A DNA stretch of 64,000 nucleotides from Chiloscyllium plagiosum (taxonomy: Eukaryota): NCBI RefSeq assembly GCF_004010195.1, contig NC_057728.1:47900718-47964717 (forward strand), written 5' to 3'. The notes under the pieces were generated by a model. It had not been told where the DNA came from and did not search any database. It saw nothing but the letters and a program-made list of their open reading frames with translations. Of the stretch, positions 24,901 to 36,900 are shown piece by piece; within the stretch, counting starts at the first letter, position 1, and each line of letters opens with the position of its first letter. A program made the translations under genes and the position numbers.

Positions 24901-27900
24901 TAATACTTTAAAATAATTCTGGCAAATAGCTTTCATGTTTTGGTAATGTGCTGTGTGCAACATTGATTCTTCTGTATCAGTAATTCCTTAACGTTCATGA
25001 TAGCTAGTTCTTTGGTTCATGAATTATCTATCATCTAAAAATAAAGATTATGATTAGGCTCAATGTTTGAATAGACCTATTGTCTATTTTTCATGCTTTG
25101 TAGATTGTAACACAACTAAATATTGCAGAATGCAAAGGCAACTCAAGTCATTAGCAGATCTTAACATATCTTAAATTTTTTTCTCTCCCAGCCATATAAT
25201 ATTTAAGTAATTTAGATCCACTATGGAACAAAGAACATTGAAAAGATAGGCAAAAAGGAATGGGAATGGTGGGTGATTTCAAATGGCCTGATTTTTTTGC
25301 ATCCATGCTGTAAAATTCCATACAGTTATAATCCCATCATTATAAAGGTGTATTATCCATCATTTATTCTCTGTCACACGTGATATTCTGAAGAAGAGTT
25401 ATAACAGACCCAAAACATTATCTCTGTTTTTCTCTCCGTAGATGCTCTTCAGCATGTTTCATTTTTATTTTTCCTTTTGATTTTATGTGAGATAACAATG
25501 TTGGCTATATTGTTCCATTTTCTTTTGGGGATGGGGAATGGTCACTTATACTGAACTAGCTGGAACATTTTTCTTGTTTAAGCAAGTATTTTTAAAACCT
25601 TAAATCTTTTTGGCTTTCAGATGTGTGGTTCAATCATACTTGGAGTGGCAGTATGGCTTCGTGTGAGTAAAGAGGTGAAGAAGGTAACAATGACTGTTGT
25701 TTTCAGAAGTGTTTCCAATATAAAGGAGTTACAATCGACTTTCTATTTAAAAAAAGGGATTTGCTTTAATGGGGCTCTTTTCTCAACCTCCCCCAGTGGC
25801 TTGAGGCACATTCTAGTCAATAAAGAGCTTCTTTGTTTGGGATGTAGTCATTGTTACAATGTAGGAAAGAGAGCAGCAAAAATGTATACATTAAAATCAT
25901 ATGAACAATAATCAGATAAGCTGTTTTAGTAAGGTTGATTTGAGGGATAACTATTGGGTAGGATCCCAGGGAGGTCACCCATGCTATTTCTCGAAATAGT
26001 GCCCCATAATCTTTTATGTATTAATTATATTTTTAAAATGCATTTCTGCCCTTCAATATTGTGTTTAAGCATCAATCCAGATTATCCTCCTTGGTACAAA
26101 GATGATTGAGAGGAGATTTTATTGAGGCATATAAGATTGATTGACACGTTTAGATAGAACTGCCATTAACTGATGATCCAATGGCTGGGAAAGGAAGATT
26201 TTACTTTTAACAAAAGATGTGGATGCGCAATGATTGGGAATAAGGGAGTAGGTATTGTTAGGATAATGATGTGTCTTTTGAAGGATGTGAAGAACTTTTT
26301 TATGCAGCTGAGGAGTGGAAGATGGGGTTTAATTTAGATAAATGTGAGGTGCTGCATTTTGGAAAAGCAAATCAGAGCTAAACTTATACACTTAATGGTA
26401 AGGTCCTGGGGAGTGTTGTCAAAGAGACCTTGGAGTGCAGGTTCATAGTTCCTTGAAAGTGGAGTCTCAGCTAGAGATGATATTGAGGAAGGCATTTGGT
26501 ATGCTTTCCTTTAGTGGTCAGAGCATTGAGTATAGGAGTTGGGGGGGGGGGGGGGGGTCATGTTGTGGCTGTACAGGACGTTGGTTAGGCCACATGTAGA
26601 ATATTGCTTGCAGTTCTAGTCTTGTTCCTAACGGAAGGATATTGTGAAACTTACAAGGGTTCATAAAGGATTTACAAGATATTGCCAGGGTTGGAGGGCT
26701 TGAGCTGTAGGAAAAGGCTAAATAGGCTGGGGCTGTTTGCCCTGGAGTGTCGGAGGCTGGGAGGTGACTTTGTAGAGGTTTATAATATCATGAGGGGCAT
26801 GGATAGGATAAGTAGACAAGGTCTTTTCCCTGGGGTGGGGGAGTCCAGAACTAGAGGGCATAGGTTTAGGGTGAGAGGAGAAAGATTTAATAGGGACCTA
26901 AGAGACAACTTTTTCATGCAGAAGGTGGTGCGTGTATGGAATGAGCTGCCAGAGGAAGTGGTGGTAGCTGGTACAATTTACAACATTTAAAAGGCATCTG
27001 GATGGGTATGTGAATAGGATGAGTTTAGAGAGATATGGGTCAAGTGCTGGCACATGGGAACTAGATTAGGTTGGGATATCTGGTTGGCATGGATGAGTTG
27101 AACTGAAGGTTCTGTTTCTGTGCTATACATCTCTATGATTATGACTCTATAATTAGAACTTGCTACCCTGGGGGAGGTTAGAAATGCGGGGAGAAAAAAT
27201 ATTGTAGGGCTGAGTGGATAGAGCATTGATGAGCCCAAAATGAATTAAATGGTTAGAATAAAGTTCCAGAGGTTTGCAAATGTCTCTGAATCCGCAGACA
27301 AACCAATTGGTGGGGATTTGGGTTTCTAATAAATTATAAATTGCTTTGCTTAATGTACCACACATCTTCCAATATTGTAAACTTTCAAAACAATTTATAA
27401 TAAATTTAAAAAATGCAAACCTTGGCAAAGTATACTTTTAAATTAAACTGTAATTAAAGTGTTATTTTAATGTATCATCTCCTTTTCACTGCAGATGGTA
27501 GATATGGAAGAATTTTACCCTGCTATAAATCTTCTGATTACTGTTGGGTCTATCATTATGGTGCTTGGATTTCTTGGTTGTTGTGGAGCTATTAAAGAAA
27601 GCAAATGCATGTTAATTTTGGTATGTATTTGTCTTTGATTGCTAATTATATTTGTAAGATGTCAAGAGGTAAATTTCATGGCGACTGTGATATAAATCTG
27701 ATCATCAATGGAAATGAAATTCAGGGAGAGCTTGTGTAATGGGCAGCCGATTCAATATTTTATATGCCGTCACCCAAAGCTGCCCATTGTCGATTTTCAT
27801 CACTGATGGAAGAGATTATTTTTCTTTTTTAAAGGTTTTAATTTGCAATACATCCTTGTTTTCTTTGGCACTGTGCTTTGTACCAACAACTTTGCACAGT

Positions 27901-30900
27901 GGTTTCATGATTCTGAATGACCTTGTTGATTTTTTGCATGATAAAGTCCAGACTTTGTACCAAAATGGAAGGGCAACTTTTAAGATCCAGTAACTGAAAG
28001 GCCACAGCAAAACTATCTTTCTTAACTTTGAAAATGTTGAGACAGCAGATAGAATTGGGGATATTGATAACATAACAATTGTTATGCTATCAACAAATTC
28101 GGTGACCATACCTTCACAGTCTTTATCAACACTGTGCCAGTGAGTAGAGTTATATGTAAGTACTCAAGTATACACATAAACATGTGAATTTGCAGCAGAA
28201 GATCACCATTTGGTCCTCAAGCCTGTTTTACCTTTCAATAAGATCATGACTGATTTGATGACTCCATGTTACTGCCTTCTTCCAATTTGACCTTGCATTG
28301 CCTTGCTTTATAATACCTTGAAAATATTCAAAAACACTATTTCCAGTGCCTTTACAGCAAAAGAATTCCAAAGTTTCACCACCCTCCAAGAAAATTTCTT
28401 CTGAACTTTGTCTTAAATGGGCAAACTCTTATTTTTAAACAATGACATGTCATTCCATATTCTCCCTCAAGATGAGCCATCCTCTTAACATGCACCCAGT
28501 CAGGACTCTTCAGGAGCTCACTTCTCACTCTTCTAACTGCATGCCATTTCAATCCACTAATTTCAGGTATTAATCTGGAAAATCTTCTCTGAACTGCTAT
28601 CAACAATACCCTACAAATCTTCTCAAAACTCGCTAACCCTTGATGTAGTTTAATTTAATCGCCCTCACAATAAGTGTCAACTTCCATAATTACTTGCTGT
28701 GCCTACATACAAACCTTTGGTGACTCATGCATCTGACTATTCATTTGCCTGTGCATATACCATCTAGGATAATGTGCTTTTTTTTACTCTTGCTGTCAAA
28801 ATGAAAATTTCACATTTTACATGTTACAGTGTATTTGCGAAATCTACATAACTCCATTCAGTCATAGAGATGTACAGCATGGAAACAGACCCTTCAGTCC
28901 AAGAAAAGACCTTGTCTATTTACCCTATCCATGCCCCTCATGATTTTATAAACCTGTATGAGGTCACCCCTCAGCCTTCAACCCTCCAGGGAAAACAGCC
29001 CCAGCCTTGTCAACCTCTCCCTATAGCTCAAATCCTCCAACCCTGGCAACATCCTTGTTAATCTTTTCTGAACCCTTTCAAGTTTCATGACTTCCTTCTG
29101 ATAGGAAGGAGGACAAAATTGCATGCAATATTCCAAAAGTGACCTAACCAATGTCCTGTACAGCTGCAACATGACCTCCCAACTCCTATACTCAATACTC
29201 TGACCAATAAATGAAAGCATGCCAAATGCCACCTTCACTATCCTGTGATTCTACTTTCAAGGGGCTAAACACCTGCACTCCAAGGCCTCTTTGTTCAGCA
29301 ACACTCCCTAGAACCTTAGCATTAAGCTACAGCCACAGCCACACACACAACTTTTTACTGCAACTTTTTAACAGGTTCCACGTTTGCCCTGCACAGGACA
29401 ATGTTGGAGAGATTATTCCTGGGATGACGGTGGGATGTGTATTAGGGTATGCCCCTCTATAGAACTCCAGGGAATGTGTGGGGAGAGAGAGAGGGCGGGA
29501 AGTCAGTCATTTGGAGATGGTGCCTGTTTAATCACTGTAAACAAAAGACGCGATCACTGTTGGAAACAAGTCTCTGATGTAATGTTTCTAACGACCTCAA
29601 GATCTCCTTCGGATAATTTGATTTTCGGATAATTAGTATTCGGATAATCGGGATTCCCCGTATATGTACATCCTGTCCCTCAGGATTCCCTCCAACAACA
29701 TGCCCACCACCGACATCAGACTCACCGGTCTATTGTTCCCTGGCTTGTCCTTACCACCTTTTCTTAAATAGTGGCACCACTTAAGTCAACCTCCAGTCTT
29801 CTGGCACCTCACCTGTGACTATCGATGATACAAATATCTCAGCAAGGGGCCCAGCAATCACTTCCCTAACTCCCCACAGAGTTCCAGGGTGCACCTGATT
29901 AGGTCCCGTATTTATGCGTTTCAAGACATCCAGTCCTCCTCTATAATATGGGCATTTTTCAAGATGTCACCATCTATTTCCTTACATTCTATATCTTCCA
30001 TAACCTTTTCCACAGTAAACACTGATACAAAATACTCATTTAGTATCTCCCCCATCCCCTGCGGCTCCACACAAAGACCGCCTTGCTGATCTTTGAGAGG
30101 CCGTATTCTCTCCCTTGTTACCCTTTTGTCCTTACTGTATTTATAAAAAACCTTTCAGATTCTCTTTCTCTATTTGCCAAAGCTATCTCACATATCCCCT
30201 TTTTGCCCTCCTGATTTCCCTCTTAAGTATACTCCTACTGCCTTTATACTCTTCCAAGGATTCACTTGATCTATGCTGTCTATAGCTGACATATGCTTCC
30301 TTCATTTTCTTAACGAAACCTTCAATTTCTCTAGTCATCCAGCATTCCCTACACCTACCAGCCTTTCCTTTCACCCTAATTGGAATATACGGTCTCTGGA
30401 CTCCCGTTATCCCATTTCTGAAGGCTTCCCATTTTCCAGCCATCCCTTTACCTGCGAACATCTAGCCCCAATCAGAATGGGCAAAGGATAGGTATGTCCT
30501 CTTCACAACTCATTTTCCTCCATATCCTTGTGTTATCAACAAATTCAGTTACCACACCTTCAATCGCTTCATCCAATTCATTTATGTAACTTGTAAACAT
30601 TTGAGACCCTGATACTGTTCCTTTGGCACACCACTTGTTTCATCACGCCAACTAGAAAAAGAAACATTAAGGTCTCCCTTCTTCCCCCTGTTAGCTAGCC
30701 AATCATCTATTCATGCCAATATATTATTCTCAGCAATATGAGCTTATATTTCTGTAATTGATGTAGTATCTTACCAACTGCCTTCAGAAAATCTAAGTGC
30801 ACTACTTCCACCAGTTTCCTTTTATCTATGGCACATATTACTTCTTCAAAGAACTCTAGCAAGCCAGTTAAACATGGTTCTTTTACACAAGACCATGTTG

Positions 30901-33900
30901 ACTCTGCCAGATTACGTTGAATTTTTCTAAGGACTCTGATGTAATGTCGTTAATAGCTTCCAAGATTTTCCTGGTGCCAGTTGTTAAGATAATTGGCCTT
31001 TTGTGTCCTACTTTCTGTTTTCCTTTTTAAGTAAAGTAGTTACATTTCTATTTTAATGGAAGCCTCCCCAAATTTAGGGAATTTTAGAAAATATCAACCA
31101 TTTCATAGTTACTTCTTTTAGGATCCTCGAAAAAAATGCATCGGATCCATGAACTTGTCAGCCAACAGTTTCAACAGTTTGCTCAGTGCCACCTCCCTGG
31201 TGGTTCTAATGTTTCTCCTCCCCTTCCATTTCCTGCTTGAAAGCTATTTCAGGGATGTTAGTTGTATCCTGTACAGTGAAGGCTGATGCAGACAAAAACT
31301 ATTCTATTCCTCAGCCATCTGCTTATTTTCCATTATTATCTCTCCTATTCATGGTCCTCATTCCATACAAAGCTTTCCTCTAAAATAAAGAATGGCATGA
31401 AGCCAACTGTATAATGGTGATGTTAGCTTGCATTGCCCTAAGGCAGGTCTAGCAAAAAGTCATTACTTGCAATATGTCAGAACTCTATTCTGTGTAGCCA
31501 TGTAGCTAAGTCACAAAAACAATTTTGTTAAGTTTGTCATACTTATGATATTGTTTTAACATCCATTGCAAAACACTGGATGTGGTAGATGTCAACACTG
31601 TTACTATTTTGTGGTAAATATGAAGTTTTATTTTTAATCAATATTTTAAGTCTTTTGTTTGCTCTTGATTCTCAACTAGATTTTCCCTTCCTTGGAAGTG
31701 GCAGGAAGGAAAATAATCAGATTGGCACCAAGAGATACCCACCTCCTTCTCACCACCTCAGCAACAACTTCACCACCAAAGACATTAAGTGGGGTTGATT
31801 AATGAACCACTTGAGGACCTTGACCTGCCACCATGGATTAGGGATGTGGATCGGGGGGGGAAGAGAGATGGGTCAGGGTTTTGACCATTCAAACTGACCA
31901 CCTTTCCACACAGCAGGTCTGGCAGCATCAGCAGAGAGAGAAACAGAACTAATGTCTCGAGTCCAGTGAACTACTTCTTGAATGTCCATTTGGGATTTGT
32001 TTCAGGAGGCTTTCTCACTGGTAGCAAAGTTTCTTGCCCTTAAAGATGGTCCCTTTCCTCACTTAGGCTGGAACTTTCTTCTCTTTGCTCCCTATTTCTT
32101 ACATTTTTTAACATCTACAACAATCTATGATGGGCAAATCCAATAAAGTGGAGCAAATGTGGTATAAGATGCAGATTGAAAACATAAGCCCATATTTCAC
32201 AAAATAATTGAACAAATCATAGTCTCCTTGACATTTGCATCCAATTGGCAGAAAAGATGGTCAGAAATTCAGCAAAGATCAAAAAAGCACGATATAGAGT
32301 TATTCTTAGTGGAGATAATGGCAACAAAGATTTATGCACAGTGGATAAATGAAGACGCAACTTAACATAATGGCTGAATGTGTCTAAGTCTTTGGACATA
32401 ATTATCCGCTGTCATACATTCTTCATTTTGTTATCTTTCTCTTGTTTCACAGTTCTTCATCGGACTGCTTCTTATTCTGACTTTTCAAATAACTGCAGGT
32501 ATTCTAGGTGTGGTTTATAAATCTAAGGTAATCCTTTCCATATGTTTGCATTTCATTCATAAACATGGTAATTGAAATAATTTCTAGTTTGATCCAGAAT
32601 ACGTTAGTGCTGAAACAAACACTCTGTTTCTTTATTCAAGATTGCATCAATATTAAATGAAACATATTCTGAACTTATCCCATTAAATAAGCAAGAAGAA
32701 AAATTTAGGAAAGAGGTCGAAGATTTCCAGGAGGAGGTAAGTCTGATCCTAAGTTTATATCAATACTCCAATGCTCTTCCATTCAAGACAATAATACAGA
32801 GAAATGCTTATGTACAGGGCAACCTTGATATTCTGAAAAGTCCTGGCAGGGAGTGTTTTGTTCAGATAATTGAATATTTGGATAATACAGGTATAAGATC
32901 CTTTATCTGAACATCCAAAAACCGAAAAGCTCCAAAATCCGAAGGTTTTTCTGTGAAGTTATTTTTCTCATTAACAAGGTTGTTTGACAAGCAAGCAAGC
33001 AGTTAACCCAAGTCGACACCCACTCGATGTGTGTCACTCTGCAACATTGAGGGCGTGGCCAATCACCGACAGGCCTGAGCTTTCTTTGTGAATGCCCCCA
33101 AGTCGACACACATGCGATGTATGTCACTCAGATGCGACATGGGGGGGACATGGCCAAGCATGTTCTTAGTTAGAAGTCTACTTCTCCGGTAAGATTTTTA
33201 GAAATTTCACCATTAAATTGTCACATTCTGAAAACCGAAAAATTCTGAAAAACAGCTGATCCTGAGCATTTCGGATAAAGGATCTTGTACCTGTACAGTT
33301 TACTCAAGCATCGGGACCTTGAGATCTTGTTTGGATAATCTGAAATTCAGATAATCGATGTTCAGATAATCGAGGTTGCCCTGTAGATATCCCAAATAAA
33401 GTGCTTCCTATTGTGCTGCAGTCTTATTATCAAGACTGGGTGAGTGCATTGCCTTTCTGGGAATGTTCTGAGAGTTCAATTCCTGTGTTGGCAAATGGAT
33501 TCAACAAATATCTGCAATTAAGTGTCTAATAATGGGCCATGAGACTCTTGTCAATCATTTGAAAAACCCAACTGCTGGACTGATGCCCTTTAGAGAAGGA
33601 AACTGCTATCCTTACCTGGTCTGATTTATATGTGACTTCAGACCCACTGTAGTGTAGTTGACTCTTAACTGCCCTCTGAGCAATAAATTATGTACAATAA
33701 TTCGTGTCAAGGTTGCAACAATAACTTGCTATATAAATGGGCTTTAACATTGTAAAGCATTCCAAAGCTTTTTCAGACCACCAGCACAAATTCCAGCCAT
33801 TCATTGAGTGGGCTTCAGTTTAAAGTTATGACTTTACATCAGTGCAAAAATAGTATAACTGCCTTACTAAGTATGATCCTATTAATGACTGAAGTGCCTG

Positions 33901-36900
33901 TCTATGATCAAAAATTGGCAAGATTCCACATTGCATTGGGAATAAATAATAATTTTGCATGCACAATATAAGAACTTTATAGCTAAATGATATTAATCTC
34001 GGCTAGAGCCCCCGAAGTTGGAACCAGGAGTGTGTTACACTTCTCTGCCATTCAATTATTTTATATGAGACATATGTCTTTGTACTTCCCACTTGTGGGT
34101 TGCCAAATCTGAGCCAAATTACATGATAGTGGACAGCAGTGGATGTACCTGCAGGGTCAGTATGGTCCTACCACTCCTTTGCAGGGAAGATTTCCTGTCT
34201 TTGAAATCCGTCACTAATAGTTATTAGATTTCTATTGACACTTCTTCTTATTTCCACACATTGTTTTTGTTTTTAAAAATGCCAGAAGAACCCTGGAGAA
34301 GATAGACTAGTCTGCAGAACAACCAGCAATTAAGTCTCACAGTAAGATTGAATTGTGCTTTTCTTTGTCTTCCAAGAAGTCCCATTTGGCACAGTTATAC
34401 TGCACTCGCTGTAATCCATAGCGTCTCATTGGTACGTAATAACCACCTGATGGCCATACTTATTCAGCCAAGTTTTAAAAGTGACTTAACGAAGAAGCCT
34501 TGGTTGCACTTGACTAGACTATTTCAAAAGATAGTTAAGGGGCAGCCACATGTCTCTGGATCTCGAGTCAGGTATAAGCTGGATCAGGTAAGGACAGTAG
34601 ATTTCCTTCCAGATACATTTAACTCCAGACCCAAAGCAACGTGGTGACTCTTAACTACCCTCTGGGATGGGCAATAAATACTAATCTAGCCAGTGATGTT
34701 CTCATCCCTGTGAGTTAGCAAAACAAAAATGTGGCTTCTATGTCTATTAGTGATAGTTCCATGGCCTCCATTACTGAGACTAGTTTTCAATTGCAGATTT
34801 ATTTATTAATTCCAATAGCTAGTAGGATTTGCACCTTGAACTTTAGCCTGAACCTGAGGATACCAGTCCAACAACATTACCACTACATCACTGTGTCCCT
34901 TGAGGCCAAGTCAGTTTTTGAAATGAGATTCTAGTTCAGCAAATGTTGAGGGTAGCCTCTGGAGCATTGAAAGTACCTGAGTGGGTCAACTTGGCAGTGA
35001 TAATATGCTCTCTTAGTTCTTAATTTTTAAAATTTAGATTTGGCTTTCTGATTAGAAACTCAGTTGTTTCCTGGTTTAATAGAATCAAACAATGGACAGG
35101 AACAGAATCAAGAAAGGCCATAACTTGTTGACTTGCTTTCTGTTCACAGCTATGTATCATTCTCTGCTTCAAAAATTCATCTTACTATCTCTTAAGAATT
35201 GTAATAATCCCTCCTGCAACCCTTCTGATGACAAAACATTCTACTTCTCATGATTTGAACCAGAGACTTCAACACATTTATTAACTTTTAATGGGAACTG
35301 TTGCTTAAATGTGTATTACATCTAAATCACATCTATAAAGACAAAGAAAGGTTATGTAAAATAAAAAAGTGGAGCTTTTCTTCAATGCTAAGGTATTTGA
35401 CTTATAATTAAAGAATTATGTATTGCACCTTTGCTGTCTGTTTTACCTTTCTTTCCTGGCATAAGAAACAGTGTTGTGGTCTGCTGCATGGATATCAGGA
35501 CTGGACAGAAGCATTTATTCCACCATCCTGCAACTGTAAAGATAAGCAGGCGTGTGTCATAACAGAAAATGGAAAATCTGTTTGGGCTCAGGTACTTTAT
35601 ATTGTGAAATTGACAGATATAAAAGAAACTTGCTTCAAGCTTTTAGTGTTGAACTTGAACTACTGCAAAATTTCTGTTGTACATTACATTTCAAATAGGT
35701 ATTCATATTTTTAAATAACTTAAGATAAGTGTGCTCATCAAACTTTCAGTAACTACCTTTGTATGCCATGTCTTTGAATGGGTGACTTACGTAGAAATAT
35801 ATGGAATATCAATTGGTTGTTTATAAACAGATCTTATTCTTTGATTTTGTTTGTTAAGCAGCAAGTGATAGACAGAGCTAAGTAATCCCTCAAACAATAG
35901 ATCAAATCTAAGCACTGTAGTCCTGCTACATCCAGTCATAAATAACAGTGGACAATTAAATAACTCACAGAAGGAGGAGGCTCCACAAATATCCCCATGC
36001 TCAAAGATGGAAGAGCCCAACACATCAGGGCAAATGATCAAGCTGAAACTCTTGCAACAATCTTCAGCTAGAAGTGCTGGAATGATCCATCTCAGCCTTC
36101 TCCAGTGGCCCCAGCATCGCAGATATCAGTATTTAGCCAATTTGATTCATTCCACATGATATCAAGTAACAGTTAGAGGCACTGGATACTGCAAATGTTA
36201 TGGACTCTAACACCAGTCCAGCAATAGTATTCAAGATTTGTGCTCCACATGTGCAACTCCCCTAGCCAAGCTCTTCCAATACAGGTACAACACTGGCATA
36301 TACCTGAAAATGTGGAAAATTGCCCAGATATCTCCTGTATCCAAACAGCAGGACACATCCAACCCAGCCAATTAATGCCCCATCAGTTTAAAAGACCATA
36401 AGACATGGAAGCAGAAATTAGACCAATTCAGCCCATCAAAGTCTGCTCCGCCATTCAATCATGGCTGATAGGTTTGTCAACTGTATTCTCCCACTTTTTT
36501 CCCATAACCCTTGATCCCCTTGATACTCAAGAACTCTATCTTCGTCTTAAATATACTCAATAACTCAGCCTCTACAGCCTTATGTGACAATAAATTTTGT
36601 AGATTGGCTGCTGTGTGGCTGAAGAAGTTTCTTCTTATCTCCATTCTAAAAGGTCTTCCCTTTACTCTCGATCGTCAATAAACTGATGGAAGGTGTGGGG
36701 AACAATGTTATCATGCAGCACCTGCTCAGCAATAACCAGCTCAGTGATGCCCAGTTTGGGTTCTACCAGGGGCCACTCAGCTCCTGACCTCATTACATCA
36801 TGGGTTCAAACATGGACAAAAGAGCTGAATTCCAGAGGTGAGGTGAGAGTGACAGCCCTTGGCATCAAGAAGCCCTTGCAAAATTGGAATCAGTGGGTAT

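Larger units (their letters stand above)
28180..31340 (-). mobile_element. Old CR1 (28180-28857 and ~30490-31340) split by a younger CR1 insertion
   Basis: Degenerate CR1 3' end (ORF 28376..28606 …[10 protein letters not shown]…) whose RT region resumes after 30490 (…ttcctttggcacacca… = reverse of GVP.G). Confidence 0.65.

Noticed and set aside
25684..25911. Extension of ORF 25621..25911 beyond exon 2 (likewise the flanks of ORF 35418..35714)
   Set aside because: Intronic read-through past clear splice sites; tetraspanin similarity stops at the donors.
26541..26557. Poly-G runs (also ~9274-9286 and ~53399-53415)
   Set aside because: Homopolymer expansion or sequencing error; other CR1 copies read GGGAGG at the 26541 position.
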